This document shows positions 1 to 13,500 of a stretch of 64,000 nt of DNA, piece after piece (the stretch's first letter is position 1; every line of letters begins with the position of its first letter). This DNA is from Azolla caroliniana (Eukaryota > Plantae > Polypodiophyta). The translations under genes and the position numbers were made by a program. Location: contig JBHGNT010000003.1 of the NCBI GenBank assembly GCA_043228905.1, forward strand, positions 24,738,001 through 24,802,000. Direction: 5' to 3'. The notes beneath the pieces are model-generated. The model worked only from the letters and a program-made list of their open reading frames with translations, was not told the DNA's origin and searched no databases.

Positions 1-1980
1 GCATCTTGGTCGTACAAGATGCACCAGTATCTGCTTGGTCATGGTTACTAGAGTTATGTCGAAGGAGCTAATGATGCAGCACCCAAATGGACACACAGAG
101 ATTTTTCAGCTTGGGAACAAGCAGCAAGTAGAGTTCTTTACTGCTTCGCGTCATTGTGAGCGACCAATTCTTGAGCTACATTTGGGATGCCAAGACGCCA
201 AAGGACGCGTGGGCGAATCTCAAGAGGATTTTCACTGCTAGCACAACGGCCAGGAAGTTGCAGCTCAGACAGGAGCTCAGCAATATCCGACAAAAAGATC
301 TGTCTGTGGCCGATTACGCCGGCCCCAATCAAGGAGATGTGCGATTCCCTCGCCTCTGTCAACGTGAACGTCGAGGAGGAAGAAATGGTGAAGGTTTAAC
401 TTGGAGGTTTAGCATCAAATTTCAGAGCATTTCGAACAGTGGTCTGCACAAGGGAGATTACGCCTTCGTTCTTCGAGCTTCAATCGATGTTGCTCATGGA
501 GGAAAATCATGCGGGTGCGCCACCGAGTATGCACGCTGACGGCAGGATGCTGTACACAGAGGAAGACAGGCCCCGTGGTCGTGACGGACGAGGTGAATCG
601 GTGCGCAATGGTGGCGGTCGAAAAGAGCAGAACGTGCAGCATAATTGAAATGCCGGAAGCAATTCTAAACCCTTTGGAAGCAGGGGGAGTCACAGCGGCG
701 CCGGAAACGGGCAAGACAAGGCCGCGACGGAATGTTGGTACTATGGCAAGAAAGGCCACAAGGAGAGCAAGTGCTGGAAGAAGAGAGCCGATTCGGACAA
801 AGTCGGATCAAGTGGAAGAGACGTCGGAAGGCGTCAGAAATCGCACTACGCGGAGGGCTCCGAACGAGCTAGAAATGGATCGGACCCAACCTTCGTAATG
901 AAGTACCAGGCCAATTTGATGGTCGTGAACACCTTGAAACCAAGCGAGGTGTGGTATGTTGATTCCGGAGCATCAAATCATATGACGAGTAATGAGCAAT
1001 GGTTCTCGTACTTGGAGAAACCGGAAAAACAAGGAGTGGTCGAGACGGGAGACGACACTCCGCATACCATCAAACATGTCAGAGAAGTTCCTCTCAGCCA
1101 CGTCGGACAAAAAGGGAAACTTATCAATGTGTTGCACATCCTGACAATAACCAAGAACCTGGTGTCGGTCGATCAGATGCAAGTTCGATTCATGCACATC
1201 GGGTGCTACATCGAAGAGGAAGGCCACGTTATCGCACAAGGGCGCCGTGAAGGGAGGATGTTCATCCTCAAAACCAATCAAGCCGGAACCGCGTTGTTCT
1301 CTAGAGGATAGAAGGTCGAGTCAAACATCGACCTGTGGCACAAGTGGTTCGACCATGTTAACTTCCCACGGCTTCGTGAAATGCAGATGAGGAACATTGT
1401 TTTCGGTTTGCCGAAATTTCAAGGCCATAATGGCCAACTCTGCGAAGCCTGCCAACTCGGGAAGCAGCACCGACTTCCATTCCCCAATGAGCATAATCGT
1501 AGTTGAAATCCGTTGGATTTGATCCATTCAGATGTGTGGGGACCGGCACAGAACGTGAGCTTCGATGGTAGTCGTTACTTCGTAACCTTCATCGATGACT
1601 TCACTCAGCACACATGGCCGTGCTTGATCGCGAAAAAGAGCGAAGTCTTCATGTGGTTCCTGAAGGTGAAGAGCCTTGCGGAAAGGGAAACTAGATGAAA
1701 GATCAAGTGCGTACGGTCCGATGGCGGCAAGGAGTACTTCTTCGACCAGTTCACGAGTTATCTAGAGAAGGAGGGAATTCAACGGGAATTCTTGTGTAGA
1801 TATACGCCGGAGCAGAACGGCGTAGCCGAGCGGAAGAATCGGACAATCGAAGAAGCGACCAGGGCAATGCTTGAAGAGAAGCATATGCCGAAGTTTTACT
1901 GGGCTGAAGTCGTAAAGAATCAGACCTCTGCTAATGGAGGAGTTTCGCCACATGAGTTGTATTACGGCAAGAAGCTGATA
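1..1980 (+). mobile_element. Degenerate Ty1/Copia LTR-retrotransposon internal region (gag, protease, integrase); runs off the window at 5' and is truncated before RT
   Basis: Gag-like segment (SYIWDAKTPKDAWANLKRIF...KLQLRQELSNIRQ), degenerate zinc knuckle at ~733-780 (CWYYGKKGHKESKCW), protease motif WYVDSGASNHMT (952-987), GAG-pre-integrase (LWHKWFDHVNF...CEACQLGKQHR), integrase core (DLIHSDVWGP...RSDGGKEY...YTPEQNGVAERKNRT). PR-before-INT order without intervening RT fits Copia. Several stops and frameshifts; abrupt switch to AT-rich DNA at ~1980. Confidence 0.95.
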
Positions 1981-4900
1981 TGTCTTTAATTTTTTTCTAT
2001 CACGATCAACTGAAGTTATTGCATTACATCATGGAAACATCATTGTTCCAAAATTACTTGAATATTCAAGATCTTATTGTTGTAGATTTATAAATGGAAA
2101 AATTTAATCTTAAGGTCATGTGTTCTAATCTCCATTCTTATGGTAGTATTTGCATTCTCAATTGAAATTATTACATTTTTCATTTCGAGTTGGCATGCTA
2201 ACTGCTTGCTCTTAAATATGGCTTTCAAATTTACTTTCCATCGCTTTGGCATTGAAAATGACAAGTTTGTGTAAGGAAGGTGATAATATCAAACCATTGC
2301 CAAAACACAATTTGCATGTGTTGCCTTTCTATGTCATGCAGGAAACTTTAGAGACAATTCCCAACACAATATTTGCTTGTATATTTATGATTTTTGTTTT
2401 TAAATTAACGTTTTGTTTAGTGGTTAAAGCTTGTCCTTTGAACCATTTTGTTGATTAAAATCTTGAGCTACATTTCTACCTTGTATTCATTCTAAAAAGT
2501 TGTTTGCATTTCCCCAACCCAAAGTCTAAAAACGATACAATGAAATGGTAATGAAGTTAGTCTCGGGAATGTTAGCTTTTATACATGACGCTCAATTACA
2601 ATCGATATATATTGATATATCATTTCATTATTTAATATGTGTGGATATGTCTTTCTTTGCTCTTCGTCAGTATAATGTCGCTTTAAAAACCTCATTTATG
2701 CGTCAAGAGATAGTATAGATGCCAATTGGCCACTCCATGTAGTGAATATGTTATCATGAGAGTGATATTGTTGTGTCAACACGTGAATATACCAATGATA
2801 CAATAATGTAGTCGTCAAGATGTTACAAGTCTAAAAAGCACTCGAAAGGTGATATTATTATGTTTGTGCACATAATTCCACCAACAATACAAATATTACC
2901 CAATCATACATATTGCTCCATGATTTGTTTACTATACAAAGGGAGTGTATTCCTTTCTTCGACCATGTCCATATGGTCATATGTCAAATACATCATTTTG
3001 TTTTACACCATTTTTGAAATCCTCTTCTCAATGAAAGAGGTTGTGTATGGAACCATGTATATAAGTTAACATCTCTTTGTATTCATACTAAGTTTGAATC
3101 CAAAGAGAAAAAAATGTGTGTTTTGCTACAAACTCACGAATAATCAAGTTGCGTCATTACTAAGATTACGATAGTTTTGATATTGGGAGGTTATAAATCA
3201 ATCATGTTCATTAAATGAATATTCCAAGTTGATATTGTATTTTTCTCAATCTTCCAAAGCAACTTCCACATTACACAATATGAATCATTCGAAAGGAGAA
3301 GATCATTGACATTTTCAAGTTTGATCAATTGCAAAAGTTCACGAAGATGGATTGATATATAATTTGGTCACATCAAATAGTACACTGAGAGCATTTGGTG
3401 ATGCACAATCTGAACCAAAGGAAATAACAACAAGGAATGACATTATTTTCTCATTTGATTCCCCTCTCAATAGAAAATGGCAAGCTCAACAAGACAAAAT
3501 GGTTAGTTGAGACCCACGTCTCCTCTACCTAGTGCATGACGTCTTATTGACTTGCACGTAATCTAATTTGTCTGGTGACGATTTCCATGACATGCATGCT
3601 CTTTAGAATGAAGTGGGCCTAAGATTAAGACAACATAAACAAGTTTGTATAGTGGTTTATCTAACATAAGCATGATGCATTTATTAATGCACAACAACTG
3701 TCTTCATATATTTAGACTAGCTTGTCACCATGGATGTCAAGTGGATAAAACCTCTTACAAACTCGAAAATATTGCCACAATTTCTAGTATTATCACCGAA
3801 TGTTAGCCCACATATCATATGATACAAAAATCTCACATGTCCAACATAGTGGTAGCATATCACACATGTTGAACATAAAGGCAATTAGGTAGACATGAAG
3901 TGGAATAGGTGAATAACTATGAAACAACTCAAGAGCATTGAATGTGGACCACCTTGGACAGTTTCATGCATTTCATGTCTTTTCATTTAAAGGGTCGATC
4001 AACATATTAATATAGCAAAGAACTTCCCACACTATATTGTGCATAATATTGTTGAATTGTCTTAAAATAAATGAATATAGATCCAAACAAATAGGACATG
4101 GACATTTGTGTTGTACATAACTTAGATATAAATGAAGCTCCCTAGTAGATAATCAAATCCACATGCTAAATTGCATATAATATATTACACAATGCCCCAC
4201 GGAAGCTTCCAAACAATCAAAACTAATACCCGAAATAGATCGTCTGTGTGAAAGGTTCTAGACATTCTAGATGGTGATGTGCCATATTTAGATCGCACAT
4301 TTATTTGTTTTCATGGCAGGATTCTTTTCACTTCATCTTATGAAATAAATGAGAAATCGTTGCATGACTCGAATTTATGAAAGTGTTACATTTATTTGAA
4401 AGACACATTAGATAACAATTCCAAGGAATAGCACCGCCTATAACGACGAAAACATGTATTCCAAATTAATTACAGGCCAAACTCAATAAATCTCATGTGT
4501 GTGGGCTCCTTTAGAGCTATTATAGCGTACGTCATGGCTTAAAAAATCAACAGATGCACATGGCTCAAGGTAAATGCTAAGAAACCTCACAAATTTGTTG
4601 AATATATATTTGGGCGAATCAATAAGCCATGGAACTCTAAAAGCTATAAATTTTTCCCCCCAAATTTTAGCGCACTTCCTTTACTTGAGATTCCTTATTT
4701 CGTTGTAAATTTGTGATAAAGTTTAGAACACCTTGGTTGTAAATGTTGCCAAAACTTATTGGAATCCTTGAAAATTAGTAATTGGGCTATAAATAGTTGC
4801 TATTATTTTCCCTGACATCGATGGTTCCTCGTAAATTCTTTAAATGATGGCAACGTCAATTGTAAGAATAAGAAAGCACCATATCTAGAGCATATGCAAT

Positions 4901-6008
4901 ACAATGATACATATGTACGTGATACTTGCATGTCTACCTTTTGTATTCTATTTGCATCAAGGACTACACACTTTTTCCTTTCTTTGTATAAGAGTCTTCC
5001 TCTTTGTGGAGTCAAGCATCTTACTTTATCCTCCTTATTGACCAAATGTTACCAACGACCAACATTTGTGTGTGTTGCTACTGTTCACGATACTTTGCAC
5101 CAAATATATGTGATTCTCTTGAATAGGATTGGAGTATGTGACAATATGGAATTGTCCTATATATGCATTCTCATTAGATGAAAATTCTACTATTCACGAG
5201 TTCGTCTTCTAGATTAGAATTATTGCATCAAACTTTAATTGAATTCATAACTAGTGTAAAAGGTCAGGACAAGGGTCCAAGAATCAATTATTATCATCCC
5301 CTCGAAAAGTAAGCAAGTTTTTGTACCCCACCCCACTATTGTAGCAATGTAACTCAACCTTTATATGTACGCATAGTTTATCATATGCTTAACTTGCAAA
5401 GAAAGAACTCAACTAACATTATCCATCTACCCTATAAAGATCAATTGCATCAACAAAACATATATTCATATGACTTGCAAAATGATGCATTGAGCAACAA
5501 CAACCATAACAAAAGATTGGATAAACTAGCATAATGGTAAGGGTTGACTCACAAACCACGTGACTATAATTTGTGTACTGACTTAAGACAAATTATTTTT
5601 AACATTACTCATTCGTCGACGTATATTTTTCTAATGGAATCATGACTCATTACATTTACCATGAATATCCTTGTCAAGTAAATGCAACAATTCATCTTTC
5701 ACACCATGTCTCTCCAACATTCTATGCAAAATTTCATGCAATCAAGTAGGTGTTTTCTCAATTATATCAATGAACTCCCCAAGTTGCACAACATACCCTA
5801 TACGCTTACATGCAAAGGGCTACCTATTTACCCTAAAGTGAGAGTATTATTCATGAGATGATTGTACTTATGCAGGGAAGGAGATTTCTCATCCAAACAC
5901 AACACAAATCACATATTGACTCGGTAGACTAGACATTCATAACAAGGGGAACGTAGACATACATCCAAGAGATTTCACATATAAACATGTCATGAATCGA
6001 TTAAGACA

Positions 6009-6350
6009 GTTTGTGATTGATCAAACCATCTCCAATGAGTGATCCCTTTCCAACTTCGACTTATCAAACCAAAGGAAACCGTCTGGTTGTGAACAACAGA
6101 CATACAAACACACACACACACACACAGGCTGAGGTAGTTTGTGATTGATCAAACCATCTTTGAAGAGTGATTCCTTTCCAATTCTGACTTATTAAGCTAG
6201 AGGAAACCGTTTGGTTGTGAACCGACAAACATAGATTAGTCCACTGATAGTCTACAAAGACACATACACATGTACGTTGACGTACACCCTCCAATGAGCA
6301 TGATCCCCTCTCAACCCCAACGTATCAATCCAGACAAAACCGCGTGTCTA
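6009..6350. repeat. Degenerate tandem repeat, ~128-bp unit, 2 full copies plus 1 partial
   Basis: gtttgtgattgatcaaaccatc...ctttccaa...gacttat...ggaaaccgt.tggttgtgaac at 6009 and 6137; weaker third copy from ~6290. Confidence 0.75.
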
Positions 6351-6674
6351 AGCTGACACGCACAAATACACATAGAGGAGGCCCACCCTTACGACGACCT
6401 CCCTCATCATTGCTCGAGAGTTCATTCGGCAAATAGGGCGGAGAAGGTGTGTTATATATATATGTATATGTTATTGAAGATATATAGAATATAGATATAC
6501 ATACATATGTATGTATGTATGTATATCATATATGACATGGGGAGCCTCATCCAAGATGGGTGGAAAAAATAGAAATAAAAAATGGATTAAAGAACTTTGG
6601 GATTTAAATAAAAATTATATTTAGGACAGAAAAAGAAATAGAAAATAATTAACACAAAAAAATGTTCACACAAC

Positions 6675-6763
6675 AGAAGAAGAAGAAGAAGAAGAAGAAG
6701 AAGAAGAAGAGGAAGAGGAAGAGGAAAAAGAAGAAGAAGAAGAAGCAGGAAGGAAGAAAGAAC

Positions 6764-6813
<50 letters not shown>
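6675..6813. repeat. (GAA)n plus (GA)n microsatellite block upstream of ARK
   Basis: Directly visible. Confidence 0.95.
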
Positions 6814-6816
<3 letters not shown>

Positions 6817-7551
6817 AGAAACTGGTCTTGATCTGCTTGACCAGTATTCCTTTTTCTCGCCATAGCTGACGACAACCCATCACGGTAATTTCTCTCATCT
6901 TTTCTCAGTCTCCCATCCCCCCCCCCCCTGTTGGAGTTGGGTCTTCCTCTCCTCAGATCTTCGTTTTTTTTACTTCGTCTTTCCTGCTCGCCCATTTTAC
7001 ACACTCACCGGTACCTTCAGCTATACAATCCACCCGTCTCGAAGTTTAATCTTCCTTTCTCCCTTCTTTGGATCCTGCATTTTGTGTTACAAACTCTTGT
7101 TCTTTGATTGGCTTCCTTTGATAGCGGTAAGAGAAAAACTTGTCAGCTCACAGAAAAGCTACATGTAACCTCGGGTTTACTTATAATGGGCAATACTCTA
7201 CCTTACTAGGAAATTTTGATTTCCTTCAATCATTTTATGGGGAAAATGGTGGTATTCCGGATACATGGTTGGTTTTGATCTCTCTTCTGCTTTGGTAGGG
7301 ATATTTTTCTTTTCTTTTGGCCAAGGGCGTGACTTTGGTTTGATTATACTGTTCTTTTGGCAATGGCAGTACTCTGGCTCAATGTGCAGTTTTGATGTCT
7401 TCCTTACTGTGATGGGAAGTTTCACTTTTTGCTGCGCAAAGGGAGGTAATTCAGATACAATGGGTGGCTTTGATTTCTTGCCAAGGTTCAAACAGAGAGG
7501 ATAAGGTTCGTGAGAAGCTACAAAGGAAGCTTGATCTGGTTGGGAAAAAGA

Positions 7552-10500
7552 ATGGCTTATAGGAATGGACCAATTCGGGCTATTCCGAAGCTTGAAAGAC
7601 CTCTTTCAGTGAATAGTAGTAATAATGCTCCTAGTAGGCATTATGGGTCTTCTCCACCATCTACTCCTTCGGCTAATAGATTGAAGAATGCATCGCCTTC
7701 AATACCTTCCAGCAGACGGCAAACTTCTCTGTCTATACGGAATGGAAAAAATGAATCAGAAGGTCAGTAGTTTGCATCTATGGATGTCACATTTAGCTGA
7801 TTTTTTGTGTGGTTGTTTCTCTAAATGTGTTCTAGTTTTAATTTGAGGGAAAATGCAATTTGGGAGGTTAGTGTTACATTCACTGAACCGAACATTTTAA
7901 ATGTTTTTGTTGGTAGTTAATCTAGAAACGTTTTTGTTTCTGTGTGACAGTTTCAGTTTTTGCATTATAGTTAAGCTACACATGTTCTAGTTTTGCATTG
8001 AAGAGAATGTGAATTTTAGTTTGCATCCATTTAGTCACACATTTTGATGATGTCTTGTATTATAGTTAATGAAAACATCTTTTAATTCAGGGTATCATAA
8101 GTAGGTGGTCCAAAGAAAGAAATGGAAGAAGTGAATAGGGAGGTTAGTTACATTCACTTAACATGTCATAGTTTGCATCCATTTAACTAGACATTTTAGC
8201 AATGTTCTGTATGATAATTAACCTATATATATTTTATTTTGAGGAATATCATATATACCCTGCAGGGTATAGAAGTGAATAGGGAGGCAAGTTTTGCACC
8301 CACTTAACCAGGCATTTAGTTGATGCTTTCTCAATAGTTAATCCAGACATCTTCTTATATGACAGTTAATCTAATCATATTTTAGTTTTGTATGCTAGCT
8401 AATCTAAAAAACTCTTCAGTTTTTGTATAATGACTAGTCTAAGCACGTTTTAGTTTTATTTAGTGTATATCAAGTAACTGGGAGGCTGGTTTGCATATAC
8501 TTAATCAGGCATTTAGCTGAAATTGATTTGTTAGATAATTGGAACATTTTTTAGTTTCAATATGAGTATATCATAAGATGTCTTTTGATAGCTTTGAAGC
8601 TCATACTTCCGATTAGAGTTCTTCTTGTATTTAGCTGAATTTTTGTCTGATAACTATATTTTAGTTCTAATTTAGCGATACTTTAAGATAGTGTCTAATG
8701 GGATGTGGATGTTATATTTTTCATCTTCTGATGTGATGAATTGATGATCTTTGTCAATAGCACAAATGCTGATGAAAATAGAACAACTGATCTGTCTGTA
8801 CTTCAAGAACAAAGCATATATGTTGTGTATTTTCATTATATCTGGTTTCATGCTGTCAAACTTGAACATCATTGAGGCATACTTTGTTTAGTAAGTTTCA
8901 ACAGAATCACATTTTCTTTATTCTGAGTGATTTCATTACTTTTGCTCAGTATCAGGAAGAGTTCGGGTAGCTGTGAGGTTGAGACCAAGAAATGCAGAAG
9001 AGATGATTGCAGATGCAGATTTTGCAGATTGTGTTGAATTACAACCTGAGGTACTCTTCCTCTCTTTGTCTTTTGCATGCCATTTCTGGTCGATGTCGTA
9101 TTTATTTTTTGATTTTTCTGAGCAAGTTCTCTTGATTGCAGCTAAAAAGGTTGAAGCTAAGAAAGAACAACTGGGACTGCGAAACCTATGAGTTTGATGA
9201 AGTTCTTACAGAATTTTCTTCCCAGAAAAGGGTTTATGAAGTTGTTGCGAAACCCGTAGTTGAGGTTGTCATGTTGCTCCTTTAGTGTAATTGGTTCTAA
9301 GAAATTTGTTTGTAGTGCTTGTTTTCAAGAGAGTGTGTGTAATAAGCTCTTGTCATATTTTTGGTTTAAATTTATGCTGGAGAGAAGCTATTATGGCAGC
9401 ACAAGAAAGGAAGATAAGTGCAACACTCAGGGTAAGTGTCTAGCTAAAAGCTAGAAACGTATAAAGCAGAAAAACAAAAAGACAGATCTGTGAAACCAGG
9501 TTTAGGATTTGTGTTTCTGTTTTCTGTTTTCATCCTATAAAGCAGAAAACCAAAAAGACAGATCTATGAAACCAAAACTAGGGTTTAGGATTTGTGTTTA
9601 TGTTTTCTGTTTTCATCCTTTGGTTCAGTATTCCCAAACCATGGTAAGATCTGTGAAGCATAATCTGGGATCATACCTCTCATTTATGTCTTCAAATTGT
9701 ACATTGATGGAGGATTTTGACCTCAACACTGTAATATGTACATAATTTAGAACATGATGTCAACACACAAATCTCAGAGCTATAGTTCTAATAGCAGGGA
9801 ATTTATGCGGCTTTTAAGTTATTACACGTGAAACTTTAGTCAGGAGTTGGTTTTATGGTGCATTTTAACTTTCCTTCAACAGAAACATAATCAACTGATC
9901 ATCTCTAATTGAGTGTTTTGCAGAGTGTCTTAGAAGGATACAATGGTACAGTCATGGCCTATGGGCAGACAGGAACAGGGAAAACCTTTACATTAGGAAG
10001 ATTGGGTGATGAAGACACGTCAGATCGTGGAATAATGGTACGAGCCATGGAGGATATCCTTGCAGACATATCTCCAGAGAATGATTCTATCACTGTATCA
10101 TATCTACAGGTGAAGCATTGCTGTTTAACTGTATTGGTACATATTTTAACTGATGTGGATATTTACACACCCTAATATAAAACTATGCTTAGTTGGACTT
10201 CAATGTCTTGGAGATGAGATTTTTATTCTGTTCACATCATAAATCCTGTAACTTTATGATTGGCTTGCAAAATATTAAAATCCTTGCACTGATGGAATAA
10301 TGGCATTATATACACATATATTAGTGGAATATTGTCGTACTTGCATGGGAATTTTCTTAAATTATTTGTAATAAAGTTGTTTTTATAGATAAGTCAAAAA
10401 TTTCTATTGCTTGCAAACAGCTATACATGGAAACAGTACAAGATCTACTTGCTCCAGAAAAGTACAATATACCAATAGTTGAAGACCCAAAGACAGGGGA

Positions 10501-13500
10501 TGTGTCATTGCCAGGTGCCAGTGTTGTACATATAAGAGACCAACATAGCTTTTTAGAGCTCCTTCGAATAGGCGAGGCAAATCGTTTTGCGGCTAATACT
10601 AAGCTTAATACGGAATCTTCTAGAAGCCATGCAATACTAATGGTTAGTTTTGCTATGTGGAATCCTTTATAATCTGCTAGATTTTGCTCTATCGTTTGTT
10701 AAGTGTACTTTGTTGATCATGTAGAATTTCAGAGAAACAATCTGTGTTTCAACTTTGCTTTTTCTTTTGCTGACTAACTGTAGGTTAATGTGAAGAAACA
10801 TATTAAGGGACAAACAGGAGACTTGATTGCTATGAATGAGAATGGAATTGGTGTACATATGGTCAAAGAATTCAAAGCTCCAATAGTCAGAAAGAGCAAG
10901 CTAGTGGTGGTGGATCTTGCTGGATCTGAACGACTAGACAAATCTGGTTTGTGACCCAAGGATACAATATTATTTATATATTTTAATACATTTGTCTTTT
11001 CTTTCTGCTTTGCTGTTGGTGTTTATTTGTTTCTTTTGCAAACTATTTTAAAAAACGAATTCAAGCTACCGGGTTATGAAATTCAGTTTTCTATTTTTGA
11101 CCTTATAGGGAGTGAGGGCCATTGCTTGGAGGAGGCAAAATCAATAAATTTGTCACTAACATCTCTTGGGAAGTGTATCAACGCAATAGCTGAAGGCAGT
11201 TCCCATGTTCCAATCAGAGATTCAAAGCTCACAAGGCTGCTTCGTGATTCCTTTGGAGGTTATTTCCTACTAATTTCTATACAAACTCAACAACTATGTT
11301 TTAAAGACACTTCAGTTTAATATGATTACTGTTACATAATGATGAAGATTTAGTAAAGTTTTCACTTTTGATTTAACCCAATATCTGACTTGATTCCTTT
11401 GAATTATCACATTCACATTAGATGCTGTGGAAGATGCCTTTATTCTTGGCATTTAAACTTCTTGGATGAGAAATTTAACGATGAGTGCTTTCTTCAGCAA
11501 ATTGTGTAATGAATACCATTGAAACTTTTGACTTCAAATTTTTTGAGTCACGAGCAGGCTTTAGACTTCACGATAGAGATATATATGACATTACCTCATT
11601 TCTTGCCTTAGCTTTTTGGCTATCACAAAGTCAGTTACTCCCATTATCATCATAGAAATTTTGTCGCATGTGTCCTCTTAAATTTCCTCTATATACCATA
11701 CATGGAAGTTAAAAAGTGGAATGTTTAATAGAGTCAGAAAAAGAAAAGATTAAGCATAATCTCTTAATCATAGAAAAGTTTGAAAATTTGAGATTATTAG
11801 AAGACGAGTTCTATAAAAATAGTTCACCTTATCATGCAACATTTCTTTTGACTGGAGAAACAGGCTCGTACACAACTTTCTATTCTAGCCCTTTCCACTG
11901 TTTGCTTCCCCACTTTTCTTCATGTTGAATCACCCTATCACCCTGTAAAGAAGTGTTAGAAATTCAGAGAAGCGTTGCCTCCAGTGTAAAATCAAATCTT
12001 CACATTGACTTTGGATGAGTTTTCAAATGCAAACCTATGCGTATATGGGTCCATTGTCTTTGAGCTACAAAACATATACATAAGTACCAGTAATGCCCCA
12101 ATCATCTTTTTTGACCCTAACATTAGTTTTTCACTATATTTATATGGCAAATAAGTGTTAGAAATTCATAGAAGTGTTGCCTTGTGTAAAATCAAATCTT
12201 CACATTGACTTTGAATGAATTTTCAAATGCAAACCTATGCATATATGGGTCTATTAACTTTGAGGTACAAAACATATGCATTAGTAACAGTAATGCCCCA
12301 AACATCTTTTTTGACCCTAACATTATTTTTTCACTATATTTATATAGCATGGTATTAAAGTTATACTGTGATTTTTCAGGTACTGCACGCACGTCTTTGG
12401 TAATTACTATAGGACCTTCTCCACGGCATAGGGGAGAAACAGCAAGCACTATACTATTTGGTCAACGAGTACGTGATGGTATTTTACCTGAAGTAACCAC
12501 TGTACATTCATGTACAGGTTCTGACTTCCATCACTTCCATGCAGTGCAGGCAATGAAGATCGAGAACATGGTGCGGATAAAAGAAGAATTTGATTATAAA
12601 AGCCTATGTCGTAGGTTGGATATGGAGCTTGAGAAGCTGATAGCAGAGAACGAGAGGCAAGGCAGACTTATGATAGAACAAAAGGAGGACTTCCAAGAAA
12701 AATTGGAAGAAGCATGGAATTGTGCAAGTGAAGCTGAAAAGAAGCTTGCCAATGCTCTGGAGGTATATACATTTTACTTTGTTTTGTTGCCAAGAAGTAC
12801 TGATTGTTCAAGTAATACAGAAATCTTATTGGAGTTACATCTCCAGACAATGGCTGCTGAAATGGCTAAACTTGAAAGAGAGCATTCAGAAGCACTGCAA
12901 AGCCTTGAATGTGAACGAACTGAAAGACAAAGGATAGAAACTGAGCTGAAGAAAAATATTCATAACATCCAACATCAGAAAGAGGTATGTAGTGCATATG
13001 TCTGATATTAAAAAGAAGAACCTGAAAATTGATCGAATTTGCACTTGCAATATTAAAAAAGCTACCTTTAATTCGTTGTACATATCTATATGCCTCTCAA
13101 AATTTGCGATCTTTTAACTAAAAATCTTCCAATATTTGGAATTTCTGCTCATAAATAATCTCTCAACAAATTTTGATAAAGTTTTATTATCCTTTGGTAT
13201 TATAATTATTTGTTTTGAATAATGAAATGTTTAGGTCTTTTTAGTTCTTTTATCTATAGTACTTATGCATAGTAGCAAAAGTAAATGATACTAACAGTTA
13301 AAATCTATATATTCCAGATGACTGATTCATCTAAAGATTTCAGTGATGAAATTCTTGAATTAAAACTTCGATTAGAGAATGAACGTCAACTGAGGCTACA
13401 AGCAGAAGCAGAGCTCCAGGCTAAGTGCTCTGGATTTTCCAATGGCAACATTGGATCTGCAGAGGTAAGAATTATACTGTACCTTGACTGGAGGATCGCT

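Noticed and set aside
2000-5900. Possible decayed DNA-transposon sequence (also 23000-26400, 33300-34900, 46900-48700, 53600-55000)
   Set aside because: CpG-depleted, coding-like texture, but I could read no diagnostic motif; needs RepeatMasker or BLASTX.
6587-7004. Low-complexity ORFs (poly-K, poly-S/L, ER repeats); likewise 27795-28209, 59734-60089 and 63637-63854
   Set aside because: Mostly translations of microsatellites.
7265-7504. 79-aa ORF upstream of ARK as a uORF or gene
   Set aside because: T-rich with no homology, and probably inside a 5' UTR intron (acceptor-like aaacag at ~7494).
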